48,179 nucleotides of DNA from the sequence record OZ503099.1, one strand, 5' to 3'. The notes beneath the pieces are model-generated. The model was given only the letters and a program-made list of their open reading frames with translations. It was not told the DNA's origin and did not search any database. Shown one piece after another: positions 1 to 13,118 of the stretch (within the stretch, counting starts at the first letter, position 1; every line of letters starts with the position of its first letter). The stretch comes from a phage. The position numbers were made by a program, and so were the translations under genes.

Positions 1-127
1 TCGAGAAGCGGGCGTTTGCTAACATTCGGCCCCCATATTTCGTAGCGACTTAATCCTTTAAGCAGTACGTTAACGGCGTGCGGCTTCTCCTCAAAATTGA
101 ACTTTGGCAGCTTAATTATGGTGGTGT
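1..127. repeat. Terminal direct repeat, identical to 48053-48179 (circularisation overlap or short terminal redundancy)
   Basis: Bases 1-127 are repeated verbatim at 48053-48179. Confidence 0.9.
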
Positions 128-1154
128 TTGGCTTAACCTGCCACGCAGTTACAGATGATACGGTCCCTGTTAAACTGTAATACAACGCATCTGACATTAA
201 CCCGCGAGTTGAGATTAACGCAATGTGTTTCCATGTGCGGATGTTACCTCTGGAGTAATACGCGCCGATACCGGAATCAAACACGCACACATTATTGTTT
301 AGCGTGGTGTCATCTACCAGGCCGTCAATCTGCATTGATTGCGCGAGTTTACTTTGTGAACTAGACCCGTTTATCTTAGATAATAGCGCAGCGCCTTCAG
401 TAGTGCCGGAGTCATACACCGTAACCGGGGTGGATGGATCGGTTATAACTAATTGCCCTGTCCAGTTAACATCGTAGATAAATTCTGAATTCTCCATTTT
501 AAAAGTTAAACCGGGTATCACAAGGTCTTCACTTCCACCAATTCTGTAAACCGGATTACCTGGAGTGGTATCAACTACCTTTCTTATCCCTTGAGCATAC
601 GCATTTGCAAAAATGGCGTTTAATTGCGAGGTAACAGACGTTGCCCCTGTCTTATCCAAATCATCAAAAGAGTTAAGATCTAACCATGTTATTACTTTCG
701 ACAACTCCTGGCGTAATACAGCATCACCGACACTTACAAGATGAGTCACATCAACCGCCCATGATGTGCTGTTAACCCCTGTGGTTGTGTATGGAGGTGT
801 TGTTGATGCGTTTAAGCGCCAGAACTCTCCTTGATAGCGAATTACCTGGTTAATGGCATCAATTGTATACGGGCCGTTTTCATAATCACCTAAAAATTGA
901 TAGCCTGAATTTAAGAGGAACTGCTGAAAGCGCAATTCTTTATTTTCCTGTGACGCAACAAATTCTGCCTCACGCTCATATTGTGCTGTCTGAAACTGTT
1001 TATCCCTGCCGGTATTCGTCAGCCTATGCGCACCAAATCGGTCGGCGTAGTAATCAGCACTGCCATTGACCTCTTCATCAATCTTCCCGGCGTTAAACTT
1101 CAGGTCGCGCGGGTCTTCCGATGGAATTGGTTTATTAGTTGGTGTGGTAGCCAT
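1..1154 (-). CDS. Tailspike/tail fibre protein, N-terminal part (ORF continues across the junction into 46498-48179)
   Basis: ATG at 1154 (MATTPTNKPIPSEDPRDLKFNAGK...); minus frame open to position 1 and in phase with the ORF at the window end (hand-translated across the junction). Confidence 0.6.
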   Translation of the reverse strand, partial: MATTPTNKPIPSEDPRDLKFNAGKIDEEVNGSADYYADRFGAHRLTNTGRDKQFQTAQYEREAEFVASQENKELRFQQFLLNSGYQFLGDYENGPYTIDAINQVIRYQGEFWRLNASTTPPYTTTGVNSTSWAVDVTHLVSVGDAVLRQELSKVITWLDLNSFDDLDKTGATSVTSQLNAIFANAYAQGIRKVVDTTPGNPVYRIGGSEDLVIPGLTFKMENSEFIYDVNWTGQLVITDPSTPVTVYDSGTTEGAALLSKINGSSSQSKLAQSMQIDGLVDDTTLNNNVCVFDSGIGAYYSRGNIRTWKHIALISTRGLMSDALYYSLTGTVSSVTAWQVKPNTTIIKLPKFNFEEKPHAVNVLLKGLSRYEIWGPNVSKRPLL

Positions 1155-1193
1155 TATAATAAATGCTCCTTTGTGAATTTGATGTATATTGTA

Positions 1194-5197
<4,004 letters not shown>

Positions 5198-5201
<4 letters not shown>

Positions 5202-5674
5202 TTACTGTGTTCTGGCAGTTCTCTGTTTACAGTTTCATCAAGGAAGCTATACCATCTGTAATCAAGTTCAACCAGAACATCATCAAACTCATCCATCGTG
5301 TTATTGAGTTTCTTAGCGATGACATTGCCAGTCCACGTAACCACGCCACCATCAATGCTAGTCTGCACCGGATAATCGGTAAAGTGCAGCGTCTGCTCCT
5401 GCAATCCGCTGCCGCCTAGGTCAATCATCATGGTGAACCAGTTGTTACACTTATTCAGGTAGCGTGAGCTACGAAGCCACTGGATAAATGCACGTTCTTC
5501 CGCCAGTGTAAAAATCCACGTCAGGCTCCATGTCGCCGCAATATCAGTTGTCAGCTTCTGGAAAATTGGTGCTCCGACCGCAGGCTGGTCACTGCGGAAC
5601 GGGGTTTGCTGTGTCAGGTTTTTACTGGCGCGTTGTGCCAGTGGCAGCCAGTCAGGGTATTTGATGATAGTCAT
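5198..5674 (-). CDS. Minor tail protein (gpM-like position)
   Basis: 158 aa immediately downstream of tape measure gene; start overlaps tape measure stop (TAATG). Confidence 0.45.
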
Positions 5675-8157
5675 TATTCGGTTGCTCTCCTGTTGGTGTT
5701 GTAGTTTCTTGAGATGGCTTGCCCTATTGGGCCATTTTCCGAAATATCACTCACAATCGTCTCAATTGTCACGCTGCCGTCACCGTTATCTCTGGCGCTG
5801 CTACTAACCTGTGCTGAACTGTTATTGATGATGCTATTATAAACCACAACGCCACTGCCACCTCCCGTTAGGTCTTTGTTGCTGATAACCTTTCCTGAGT
5901 TGCCAGGTATCATGTATTGCCTGCCTGTGCTCGCCTGGAATATCTCTGGTGCGTTTCCCTCGCCAACTTCGTACATACTTCCGGCACTAACAGGGCCACC
6001 ATTTTTACGCTTGCCAGCAATGCCCATTGCCATCGCCCCGAGAACGGCACCTACCCCAATTGCAGCAGCCCCGCCGAATGAGCCGATTGATGCCACGATT
6101 GCCGCAGGAGTCCATGCTGCCGTTGTGGTGGCTGCCGCTGCAGTAGATGCTGCTGTTGTGGTTGCCAATCCTGCTGTTTGCGCCGCTGTGGTTGTAGCTG
6201 TTGCTGCAACCTGCGCAGTCTGCCCCATAACCGCAGATTTTACCCACTGAACGCCCATTTCAACAAAGCTGTTTACCAGAGAGTTCAGCACTGTAGAGCC
6301 GAGGCTACGCATTGCATCCTGTACGCTCATTGTGCCTGTCAGCAATCCGGTGATGCTGTTTGATGCCGTGCTCATTGCTGAATCAAGAGCTGTACCGAAC
6401 AGCTGCGCGCCGAGGCTTTGTTGCTGCCATTCCTGCCACATGGCGTCCATTCTCTGCTGGCGATATTGTGCTTCAATTGCTGCGCGAGTTTGTTCAATCT
6501 CCGTGATTTTCTGCGGATATGCTGCGGCGTAGGCGTCAAGGTCAGCCATACGTTGCTGGTATTCGCTGTCAATGCCAGTGGTTGGCGACGCAATGGCGCG
6601 CACCCCCTGATATGATTTTTCTACTCGTTGCTTTTCTTTCTCCGCTTCCGCCTGTTCCTTCAATGCGTTCTTCTGGTCCCAAATCTTCGCAGCGTACTCA
6701 CCAGCCAGTTTTATTTGCTCCTGAGTGGCAGCTTTGCCAAGCGATTGCTGCGCGTTGAGGATTGCTTGCTCGCGGGATAGTTCGCTGGTTGATGTGGCAT
6801 TTAGCATGGTTTGCTGGCGTAATTTCTCCAGCTTTTCAGTTACTGATTCTTCAAGGTTGGCTTGCTTTGTTGACGCAGCTATGCGTTTTTTGTCTTGCTT
6901 TTCCTGCTCTTTTTTTGCAGCAAGCTCAGCCTTGTATGCCTCTATCTTGTCGAATGACGAGTTGATTGTTTGCTTGTCTGCATCACTTGCTCCAAGCTGT
7001 TCAGCTCTGTACAGTGCCTTTTGTCTTGCTGTAAAGGCGATGGTTTCACCTTCTTCCTTGATCGACTGGATGTAAGCCTGAAGCCTTTTCGTGTTTTCTT
7101 CAGTGGCTCTCGCATCCTCTTCTGAAGCTACTTTGTGCCCGTTCAGCATGTCGGTAGCCAGCTTTGTAGATTCTGCTGCCTGATCTGCCGAAATTGAATA
7201 CTCGCCAACCTTGCCAGTAAGCTCAGATAGTGACTTGTTTGCGTATCCATATTTCTGACTAAGGTCAACAGTCAGGTCACGCAGTTCCGCTATTGTTTCA
7301 GGATTGGCGTTTTTTCTCACCGCCGCCAGAGCTTCAACCAGCTTCAAAGCGTCCTCTGCGCTTATACCAAACTCATCTGCCAGGCTTTTTACCACCTGAT
7401 TAAGCTGGTTTAGTCCTAGAATATTACCCTCATATGTCCCACCAAGATTTTTGAGTGCTGTGTTTACATCAATGCCTCTTGCTTTCAGTGTATCAAGCTG
7501 ACTGATGGCTGCTGATAGTGGCGCTTTCCATGAGCCAAGTGCGTCACCAAGCTCATTGACTCCCTGCACTGAAGCCTTGATGATATTGTTTGCATCAATC
7601 AGAGCCATTGTTAACTGCGCTCTGGCGGCGTTTTCTGACTGTTTAGCCAGTGTTGCGAATTTGTCAGAGAGAACTACAACTCCATTAGCAGAAAGCTGGA
7701 ATATATCAGCAAGTCGCTGCTGTGCTGCGGTAAGCGCCTTTGTAGAAACGGTTGCGTTATCCATGCCAGCGATTAATGAGCCAACAATTACCGTACCGAT
7801 GGTTAACAGTGCACCGGCAACCGCGCCGCCTGAACCAAAGACGCTTAATAACTGACTACCTTGCTGACTTAGAGCAACAAGTGCTGATTGTCCACTCTGC
7901 ACCTGAACTACAAAGTCCTGAATCTGGTAGCCACCCTGCCGCATGGCGTTATTTAAACTGGAGAAACTCCTGCCAGATTTCTCAACTGTCGACGCGGTGT
8001 TTTTTAGACCTGTGTCAAGTTTATTTATCCCAGCAATTGACTCATCAATTGACTTCTCAATCTCCTGAAGAACCTTGTTTACCTTTTGCCCGCCAGTCGT
8101 CAGCCCGGATACATCCATCCCGACTTCGTAGACAATTCCGCCGACTTCTTCAGCCAT
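5674..8157 (-). CDS. Tail tape measure protein
   Basis: 827 aa, long coiled-coil-like stretches, Ala/Thr-rich and Gly-rich hydrophobic C-terminal region; position between chaperone and minor tail genes. Confidence 0.8.
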   Translation of the reverse strand: MAEEVGGIVYEVGMDVSGLTTGGQKVNKVLQEIEKSIDESIAGINKLDTGLKNTASTVEKSGRSFSSLNNAMRQGGYQIQDFVVQVQSGQSALVALSQQGSQLLSVFGSGGAVAGALLTIGTVIVGSLIAGMDNATVSTKALTAAQQRLADIFQLSANGVVVLSDKFATLAKQSENAARAQLTMALIDANNIIKASVQGVNELGDALGSWKAPLSAAISQLDTLKARGIDVNTALKNLGGTYEGNILGLNQLNQVVKSLADEFGISAEDALKLVEALAAVRKNANPETIAELRDLTVDLSQKYGYANKSLSELTGKVGEYSISADQAAESTKLATDMLNGHKVASEEDARATEENTKRLQAYIQSIKEEGETIAFTARQKALYRAEQLGASDADKQTINSSFDKIEAYKAELAAKKEQEKQDKKRIAASTKQANLEESVTEKLEKLRQQTMLNATSTSELSREQAILNAQQSLGKAATQEQIKLAGEYAAKIWDQKNALKEQAEAEKEKQRVEKSYQGVRAIASPTTGIDSEYQQRMADLDAYAAAYPQKITEIEQTRAAIEAQYRQQRMDAMWQEWQQQSLGAQLFGTALDSAMSTASNSITGLLTGTMSVQDAMRSLGSTVLNSLVNSFVEMGVQWVKSAVMGQTAQVAATATTTAAQTAGLATTTAASTAAAATTTAAWTPAAIVASIGSFGGAAAIGVGAVLGAMAMGIAGKRKNGGPVSAGSMYEVGEGNAPEIFQASTGRQYMIPGNSGKVISNKDLTGGGSGVVVYNSIINNSSAQVSSSARDNGDGSVTIETIVSDISENGPIGQAISRNYNTNRRATE

Positions 8158-8864
8158 TATGTATTCCTCGCTTTTTTAGCTTTGCGTTCAGCCAGTGCCT
8201 TCATGCGCTCACGGTCTGCTTTAGCCTGATCGTACTCTGCCGCGCGCTCTTCTTTCGTTAACCCCTTCGGCTCTGGGTATTTATTCTTAACCATCATCTG
8301 AAACTCTGTCATGGACAGGTTTTCGGCCTCATCGCGAGTCATATCGAAATGCGTGCGTGCTGAGATGATGTATTGCGACGCATGAAACTCGTTTGTAGTT
8401 TTCTTGCCTTGTTCTTCCAGACGCTCTGGAACCTTGAGTGGTGATTTTCCAATAATGCCGTGCTGCATCAGGTTGCGCGCAATAATAATAATGTCGTTCA
8501 CTGGCATGATGCCGGGAACATATCGCACACCGCGCGGAGTTGGCTTCCAACCACCAATCAGCACTGAAACATCATCTTCACAGCATGACTGCATGACGAT
8601 ATAGGCTGCGCTCAGCACATGGCGACCATACACGGGCTTACTGATGGTCTTCATGACCTGCATCTGCGCTCCAAATGGCAGGTATTCGACGTGCTGCAAC
8701 GGCGCAACATAATCAATGCCATTGAGCTTAGCGTATACCTCAACGATTTCTTTTGGTGTGCCAATTTCATTCATGGCGCGGAATGATGGCTTGAAGAAAA
8801 AACTCCTGTCAGAAAGCGAGATGCGCATCTCCCCGATTTCTGTTAGTGGCGTGCGATTGCTCAT
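8157..8864 (-). CDS. Putative tail assembly chaperone
   Basis: ORF directly upstream of tape measure with stop/start overlap; basic C-terminus; no frameshift site identified. Confidence 0.35.
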   Translation of the reverse strand: MSNRTPLTEIGEMRISLSDRSFFFKPSFRAMNEIGTPKEIVEVYAKLNGIDYVAPLQHVEYLPFGAQMQVMKTISKPVYGRHVLSAAYIVMQSCCEDDVSVLIGGWKPTPRGVRYVPGIMPVNDIIIIARNLMQHGIIGKSPLKVPERLEEQGKKTTNEFHASQYIISARTHFDMTRDEAENLSMTEFQMMVKNKYPEPKGLTKEERAAEYDQAKADRERMKALAERKAKKARNT

Positions 8865-8890
8865 GTTTTGCATCCTGAATTTGACTGATG

Positions 8891-8942
8891 TTGATTATAT
8901 CATCTCAGTAGTGTTGACACCTGCTAGGTGGTGATGTAGATT
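8891..8942. promoter_or_regulatory. Bidirectional promoter module
   Basis: Minus-facing extended -10 TGaTATAAT (8894-8902); plus-facing TTGACA (8914-8919), 17 bp, TAGATT (8937-8942). Confidence 0.45.
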
Positions 8943-8977
8943 CAAGTCATCGAAACGAGATATTGATGAGGTGAGTT

Positions 8978-9271
8978 ATGAAAATTAAAATGTTGATTAC
9001 ATCTGTCCTGTTGGCTTCTTCTTTTGCCGTCAGTGCAACTTCCGAGGTGTGCAAAAACATCGGAGAAATCGCCATGAACACTGCAGATGTTCGCGATAAC
9101 GGTATCAGCAAGAATCTTGCGGAAGTGGTGGTAAAAGGTTCCGCAAAAAACAACGAATCAGCAGAAATAATCGGCCTTGCTATCGTAGAAATGGTTTATG
9201 CACGCAAGGATATGACCAAAGAGCAATTGCGTGATGTGGCTGTTTCTTTGTGCGAAAAGCAAGGGATGTAA
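8978..9271 (+). CDS. Small secreted protein (N-terminal signal peptide)
   Basis: MKIKMLITSVLLASSFAVSA then TSE: typical Sec signal peptide; RBS GAGGTGAG upstream; first gene of plus-strand island A. Confidence 0.55.
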   Translation: MKIKMLITSVLLASSFAVSATSEVCKNIGEIAMNTADVRDNGISKNLAEVVVKGSAKNNESAEIIGLAIVEMVYARKDMTKEQLRDVAVSLCEKQGM

Positions 9272-9280
9272 GATTCTGCT

Positions 9281-9424
9281 ATGAACGAACAAACAAAAGC
9301 TGACCTGATTTTCTATACTGATTTGTATGTCGATGCGGGTTACGACTACGAAGAAGCGGAACGCATGGCGAAAGACTTACTCCGCGTGATTGGCGTGATT
9401 TTTGATGAGGATAAGGTGATATGA
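9281..9424 (+). CDS. Hypothetical small acidic protein (47 aa)
   Basis: ATG 9281 to TGA 9424, hand-translated; stop overlaps next start (ATGA). Confidence 0.35.
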   Translation: MNEQTKADLIFYTDLYVDAGYDYEEAERMAKDLLRVIGVIFDEDKVI

Positions 9425-9711
9425 AAAATTATGAAGAGATGAGCGATTTTGAGATTAACTGCCGTGTGCACGCAGAGATTATGCAAATCTCAGGGTTGAA
9501 TTCATTTAAGGCAAAAGACTACTGCAACAACCCATCTTATGCATGGCCCATAATAATTGATAATCACATGTCAATTGAATGCGTCACGGTTAACCGGCAT
9601 GCGTTTACATATCGCGTGTATCACTCTGCATCGTTCACTAAAAGTACGCACGAAAACCCCCTTCGTGCCGCCATGATCGTCTTCCTTAAAATGAATGAGG
9701 ATAAATTATGA
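9421..9711 (+). CDS. Hypothetical protein
   Basis: 96-aa ORF, translationally coupled within island A. Confidence 0.5.
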   Translation: MKNYEEMSDFEINCRVHAEIMQISGLNSFKAKDYCNNPSYAWPIIIDNHMSIECVTVNRHAFTYRVYHSASFTKSTHENPLRAAMIVFLKMNEDKL

Positions 9712-9908
9712 GCCAGTGGATTAAGTGTAGTGAAATGCTACCTGGTAACGGTAGTACAGATAAAGAGTTCTTGGTGTATGAAACTTTGAATAATGCCGTT
9801 CAGCACGACTACTACATTGTTCCTGACGACGAGAGAAAGCCATTCTGGAATCACTACGGAAAATATGTAACGCACTGGATGCCACTACCACAACCACCAC
9901 AAGAATAA
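9708..9908 (+). CDS. DUF551-like small phage protein
   Basis: MSQWIKCSEMLPGNG...THWMPLPQPP resembles the DUF551 pattern as I remember it. Confidence 0.45.
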   Translation: MSQWIKCSEMLPGNGSTDKEFLVYETLNNAVQHDYYIVPDDERKPFWNHYGKYVTHWMPLPQPPQE

Positions 9909-9910
9909 AC

Positions 9911-9937
9911 AAAGCCCCTTTCGGGGCTTTTTCTTTA
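9911..9937. terminator. Rho-independent terminator (bidirectional)
   Basis: AAAGCCCC-TTTC-GGGGCTTT hairpin followed by T-run; flanked by A-run on the other side. Confidence 0.6.
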
Positions 9938-10654
9938 TCAGGACACGGTGCACGCCGTGCTGATGATAATTTCCGGGTCAGTGGACGAATCTGTGACCGT
10001 AACGGTATACACACCATCGGTAGGGCTTGCCAGCGATGCGCCAGACTCACCACCGACAACCACGCCGTCTTTGCGCCACACGTAGGTGTAAGGAGCGACG
10101 CCACCTTCAACAGCAACAGTTAACGGGCTGCCAGTGCTGCCAGTTGATTGCAGGTCGGTGGTGAACTTCAGTGGCTCAAGGCTTTCGACGGTAACGCTGT
10201 CAGAATCGTAAACCTTGAACTCAAGGCTGCCAGTTACGATGTCGTTGGTGCCGCCTTCATAACTGATGCTGGTGATGTTGCAGTACGCGGTAACGATAGT
10301 TGCACCAGTTACCTCACGTACCCACAAAGAAGGCTGACGACGCGCTTTCAGTTCGGTGGCGTAAATCTCAACCAGACGATGAAAACCAAACTCATCGCTC
10401 GGGTCATTCTTGCGGATTTCAACCTCAGCACTGATGGTCATATCAGAGCTGGTTACGAGAGTGGAAACAAAGCCGCCAGCGGTATCCGCTTCCGACGTAG
10501 TGGTCTGCGGCGAGTAGTCAACGCCTTTACTGGTGGTTGAGCCTAAATATTTCCAGTCACCTGCATCCGGGACTGCGTCACCGCACCCTTCAGCAAGGAA
10601 CAGTCTGGTCATGCGACCGACCAGAACGCCTTTATCATTTGCACAAATAGCCAT
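9938..10654 (-). CDS. Major tail protein with C-terminal Ig-like domain (gpV-like position)
   Basis: 238 aa upstream of chaperone/tape measure; C-terminal segment with Ig-like (Big_2-type) sequence character. Confidence 0.5.
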   Translation of the reverse strand: MAICANDKGVLVGRMTRLFLAEGCGDAVPDAGDWKYLGSTTSKGVDYSPQTTTSEADTAGGFVSTLVTSSDMTISAEVEIRKNDPSDEFGFHRLVEIYATELKARRQPSLWVREVTGATIVTAYCNITSISYEGGTNDIVTGSLEFKVYDSDSVTVESLEPLKFTTDLQSTGSTGSPLTVAVEGGVAPYTYVWRKDGVVVGGESGASLASPTDGVYTVTVTDSSTDPEIIISTACTVS

Positions 10655-10690
10655 TTCGATCTCCGAATTGTGTTAGCTGCTAACGTGGTG

Positions 10691-10734
10691 ATTATATCAC
10701 AGGTGTTGACAGTGATTATTTTGTGGTGTAGATT
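10691..10734. promoter_or_regulatory. Bidirectional promoter module (paralogue of 8891-8942)
   Basis: Minus-facing TGaTATAAT (10691-10699); plus-facing TTGACA (10706-10711), 17 bp, TAGATT (10729-10734); shares GATTATATCA with the 8891 module. Confidence 0.45.
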
Positions 10735-10735
10735 G

Positions 10736-11228
10736 TATTTCAGATAGTTTTCGTTAGCGACTTTGCGGACTTTTTAGAAACTGACCACAAAGATAAATGC
10801 AAACGATGATGTTGTTCTGATGGCGGCGTAATAGCCTGTAAGTCAGCAAGGTCTTCCGATTCCTTGTAAACAAATTCGGCGCAGTGGCCCGCTGTGATTA
10901 ATAATGGGCACGCAACAGGTAAGAGCATTGGGTAATGTCAGCCTTGGTTCGAAGTCGAAAGACATGCGGTAATACCCAGCCCAAGTTCCAGTGCTCTTTC
11001 CGTTGTGGTGAAGCTCAATGGCGAGCTAGCAGATAGGCGACAGTGAAAATACTAGTCATGTAGCTGACCGCCGCGCGTACTGTAATCGGCAGCGCACCGA
11101 TGGAAGCAGGTTCGATTCCTGTCGCCACAACACTTAATATCCAGCATTATCGCAATCATATGTAGGGGTATGTATGGGTTACGGGGCTGGATATTAAGAA
11201 AGCACGCTGGCAATGCTTAAGCCAGTAA
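10736..11228 (+). other. Orphan transcribed non-coding region (candidate ncRNA or decayed island)
   Basis: About 500 bp between a consensus plus-strand promoter and a terminator, with no ORF above about 20 aa on the plus strand; 13-bp inverted repeat at 11141-11153 / 11187-11199. Confidence 0.3.
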
Positions 11229-11258
11229 TAAAGCCGCTTCATGCGGCTTTATTTATTT
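11229..11258. terminator. Rho-independent terminator
   Basis: AGCCGC-TTCAT-GCGGCT hairpin followed by TTATTTATTT. Confidence 0.5.
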
Positions 11259-11627
11259 CACAACCCGCAAAAGCAACTCATGCACAGGCCGCTTCTCTTC
11301 CGTTAACATCGGCCTACCGAGCGGCGCTTGCAACTGGATGTAGTTAACGCATGAATCAATCGGATTAGTTTTGATGTATTCGATAATCTCATTGGCTTTA
11401 GCGTCAACATCCGACACGTTGTATTGACCATGTTTGCCAACAACATACAGAGAGAAATAGAAATCACCGCCGAGTCCATCCATAACCTGCGTACCGCCAT
11501 TGGATTGCAGGACAATAAATTGCTCATTGCCGTCTCCGGTGTCATTCCAGAACTGCAACTGCGAAGTCCAGCCATCGTATAATCCGGCATCCTGAAGATA
11601 TGCGTCAACCAGCTCAAGCATATTCAT
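11253..11627 (-). CDS. Hypothetical structural protein (connector/tail completion region)
   Basis: 124-aa ORF in an overlapping gene series between head and tail genes. Confidence 0.45.
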   Translation of the reverse strand: MNMLELVDAYLQDAGLYDGWTSQLQFWNDTGDGNEQFIVLQSNGGTQVMDGLGGDFYFSLYVVGKHGQYNVSDVDAKANEIIEYIKTNPIDSCVNYIQLQAPLGRPMLTEEKRPVHELLLRVVK

Positions 11628-12094
11628 TAGAGTGTCATCTCCTTCTTAATCACGCTATCAACAAGGTCTTTTGTGCGTTGCGCTGCTTTGGTCAGGAATT
11701 GTGGCTCGGCATTTGGGTCCCAGTAGTTACCTGTCAGCGAGCCGCCACCAAATTCCTTAACCTGTTTCGGTCCAAAATCTGAAAGGTTATTGGTCTTGCC
11801 AAAATGAGCGCGTGGCTTTCCTTTTAGTGTCCCCGGTGCGCGGTGAACATATAGAGCATAATCAGCAGAATAACCTATTTTCCCTGTTATCCTCGTCCCT
11901 GACACTTCCACCGTATCATATTGGCTATTGATAAGGTTTGATGTATCAATTGGCGTTATTGTTGCCGCTTCTGTGCGAATAATATAGTTGGCACTTTTGA
12001 TTGCTCTCACCGCTTTTTCTGCCGTGATAGTGCCAACTATCTGCTCAGTTTTGCGAATTGCCTCCTGAATACCTCTTAATTTCGCTGCCATCAC
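11627..12094 (-). CDS. Hypothetical structural protein (connector/tail completion region)
   Basis: 155-aa ORF; start/stop overlaps with neighbours. Confidence 0.45.
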   Translation of the reverse strand: MMAAKLRGIQEAIRKTEQIVGTITAEKAVRAIKSANYIIRTEAATITPIDTSNLINSQYDTVEVSGTRITGKIGYSADYALYVHRAPGTLKGKPRAHFGKTNNLSDFGPKQVKEFGGGSLTGNYWDPNAEPQFLTKAAQRTKDLVDSVIKKEMTL

Positions 12095-12438
12095 GTCACC
12101 AGTGCGAAATCCGGCGGCTCAGCACGATTGAACGTGTTGCCGTAATTAATCACATTCAGAATCTGATTTGCGCCAGCCACCAGAGGGTCAACTTCTGCCA
12201 CTGTGCCAATCATGATGTAGTCGCCAGTCTTAGCGCCAACATACTCAGTCCAGAAAGTATTCTTCTGCACAATCTCATTGCCTTTCGCATCGGTCGATAC
12301 ATCATCGTTAAAGCCATAGTCGCACATGATGCTCACTGGCGCGTCAAAAGTCGGCTTTCCGTACTTGTCAGTGCCGCTTTTGTGCCAGATCGTGCATGGT
12401 TGCGTGTAGCTCCAGTTAGCCAGTGAAGTCATTTGCAT
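12091..12438 (-). CDS. Hypothetical structural protein
   Basis: 115-aa ORF; ATGA-type overlap with upstream gene. Confidence 0.45.
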   Translation of the reverse strand: MQMTSLANWSYTQPCTIWHKSGTDKYGKPTFDAPVSIMCDYGFNDDVSTDAKGNEIVQKNTFWTEYVGAKTGDYIMIGTVAEVDPLVAGANQILNVINYGNTFNRAEPPDFALVT

Positions 12439-12857
12439 TTACTCCCGCGAACAACCGCAAACCACGGTTTACCGCTTCCGTCAGGGTCTTCCACCAAATC
12501 GCCAGTGCATCCAGCCGTATCCAGTAGTTTCATCTGATTGTACAGCGCCACCCACGGCTTGCTTCCGTAAGCGAATGATTGTGATGCGCCAGATGGTGCG
12601 CTCTGACTGGTAACGTAGCGACCAGCGGTATTTGCACTAATCAGGATGGAAGCCCACAGCATGATCGCATTTTGTCGGCATTCATCGTTTGGATAGCTCA
12701 GTTCAAGGCATTCACTGATTGATGCCACAAGACACAGAATACCGGATGCATCCGTTGTGGTAATAGTCATTCCACGGGATGCCATCTGGCTTACTAATTC
12801 TTCAGGTGTTGGTGCTGCCATTTTTTTTCGACTCCCGTACCTTCCACCACATTTCAA
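12429..12857 (-). CDS. Hypothetical structural protein
   Basis: 142-aa ORF in same series. Confidence 0.45.
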   Translation of the reverse strand: MKCGGRYGSRKKMAAPTPEELVSQMASRGMTITTTDASGILCLVASISECLELSYPNDECRQNAIMLWASILISANTAGRYVTSQSAPSGASQSFAYGSKPWVALYNQMKLLDTAGCTGDLVEDPDGSGKPWFAVVRGSKCK

Positions 12858-13086
12858 AGAGGTTTTTTATTACCAGAGACAGAGCGCCGAGGATTGACGC
12901 TACCGCCGCCCACTCTGTCAGGCTGTGTGGAATCATAGCCTCAAAATAAGATTGCGTGACAGGTGTTTGCTCTGCGACTTTCAGGCCGATGCCAGTGCCA
13001 ATAGATGCGTATCCAGCCTTGTCAATCACCTGCCCTGTCGTTCCGCTTATAATCTGCTCTGCGACTTGCCTTAGTGCTCCGTTCAT
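12802..13086 (-). CDS. Hypothetical protein with C-terminal hydrophobic segment
   Basis: 94-aa ORF; start position uncertain. Confidence 0.35.
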   Translation of the reverse strand: MNGALRQVAEQIISGTTGQVIDKAGYASIGTGIGLKVAEQTPVTQSYFEAMIPHSLTEWAAVASILGALSLVIKNLFEMWWKVRESKKNGSTNT

Positions 13087-13118
13087 TGCGTGTCTCGCTG
13101 ATGATATGTTTCCAGCAC

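Noticed and set aside
5876-7855. Several plus-strand ORFs (60-124 aa) inside the tape measure gene
   Set aside because: Antisense to a long well-supported ORF; Ala/Cys-rich translations typical of the reverse frame of an Ala/Thr-rich gene.
8157-8873. Programmed frameshift producing a chaperone-extension (G/GT-type) product
   Set aside because: No obvious slippery heptamer found, and the chaperone ORF ends exactly at the tape measure start; not called.
11106-11130. tRNA-like T-arm (GCAGG-TTCGATT-CCTGT followed by CGCCACA)
   Set aside because: No acceptor stem partner at tRNA distance (the nearest complementary 7-mer is about 130 nt upstream), and no D-arm or anticodon arm could be folded by hand. 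Kept only as a motif inside the candidate ncRNA.
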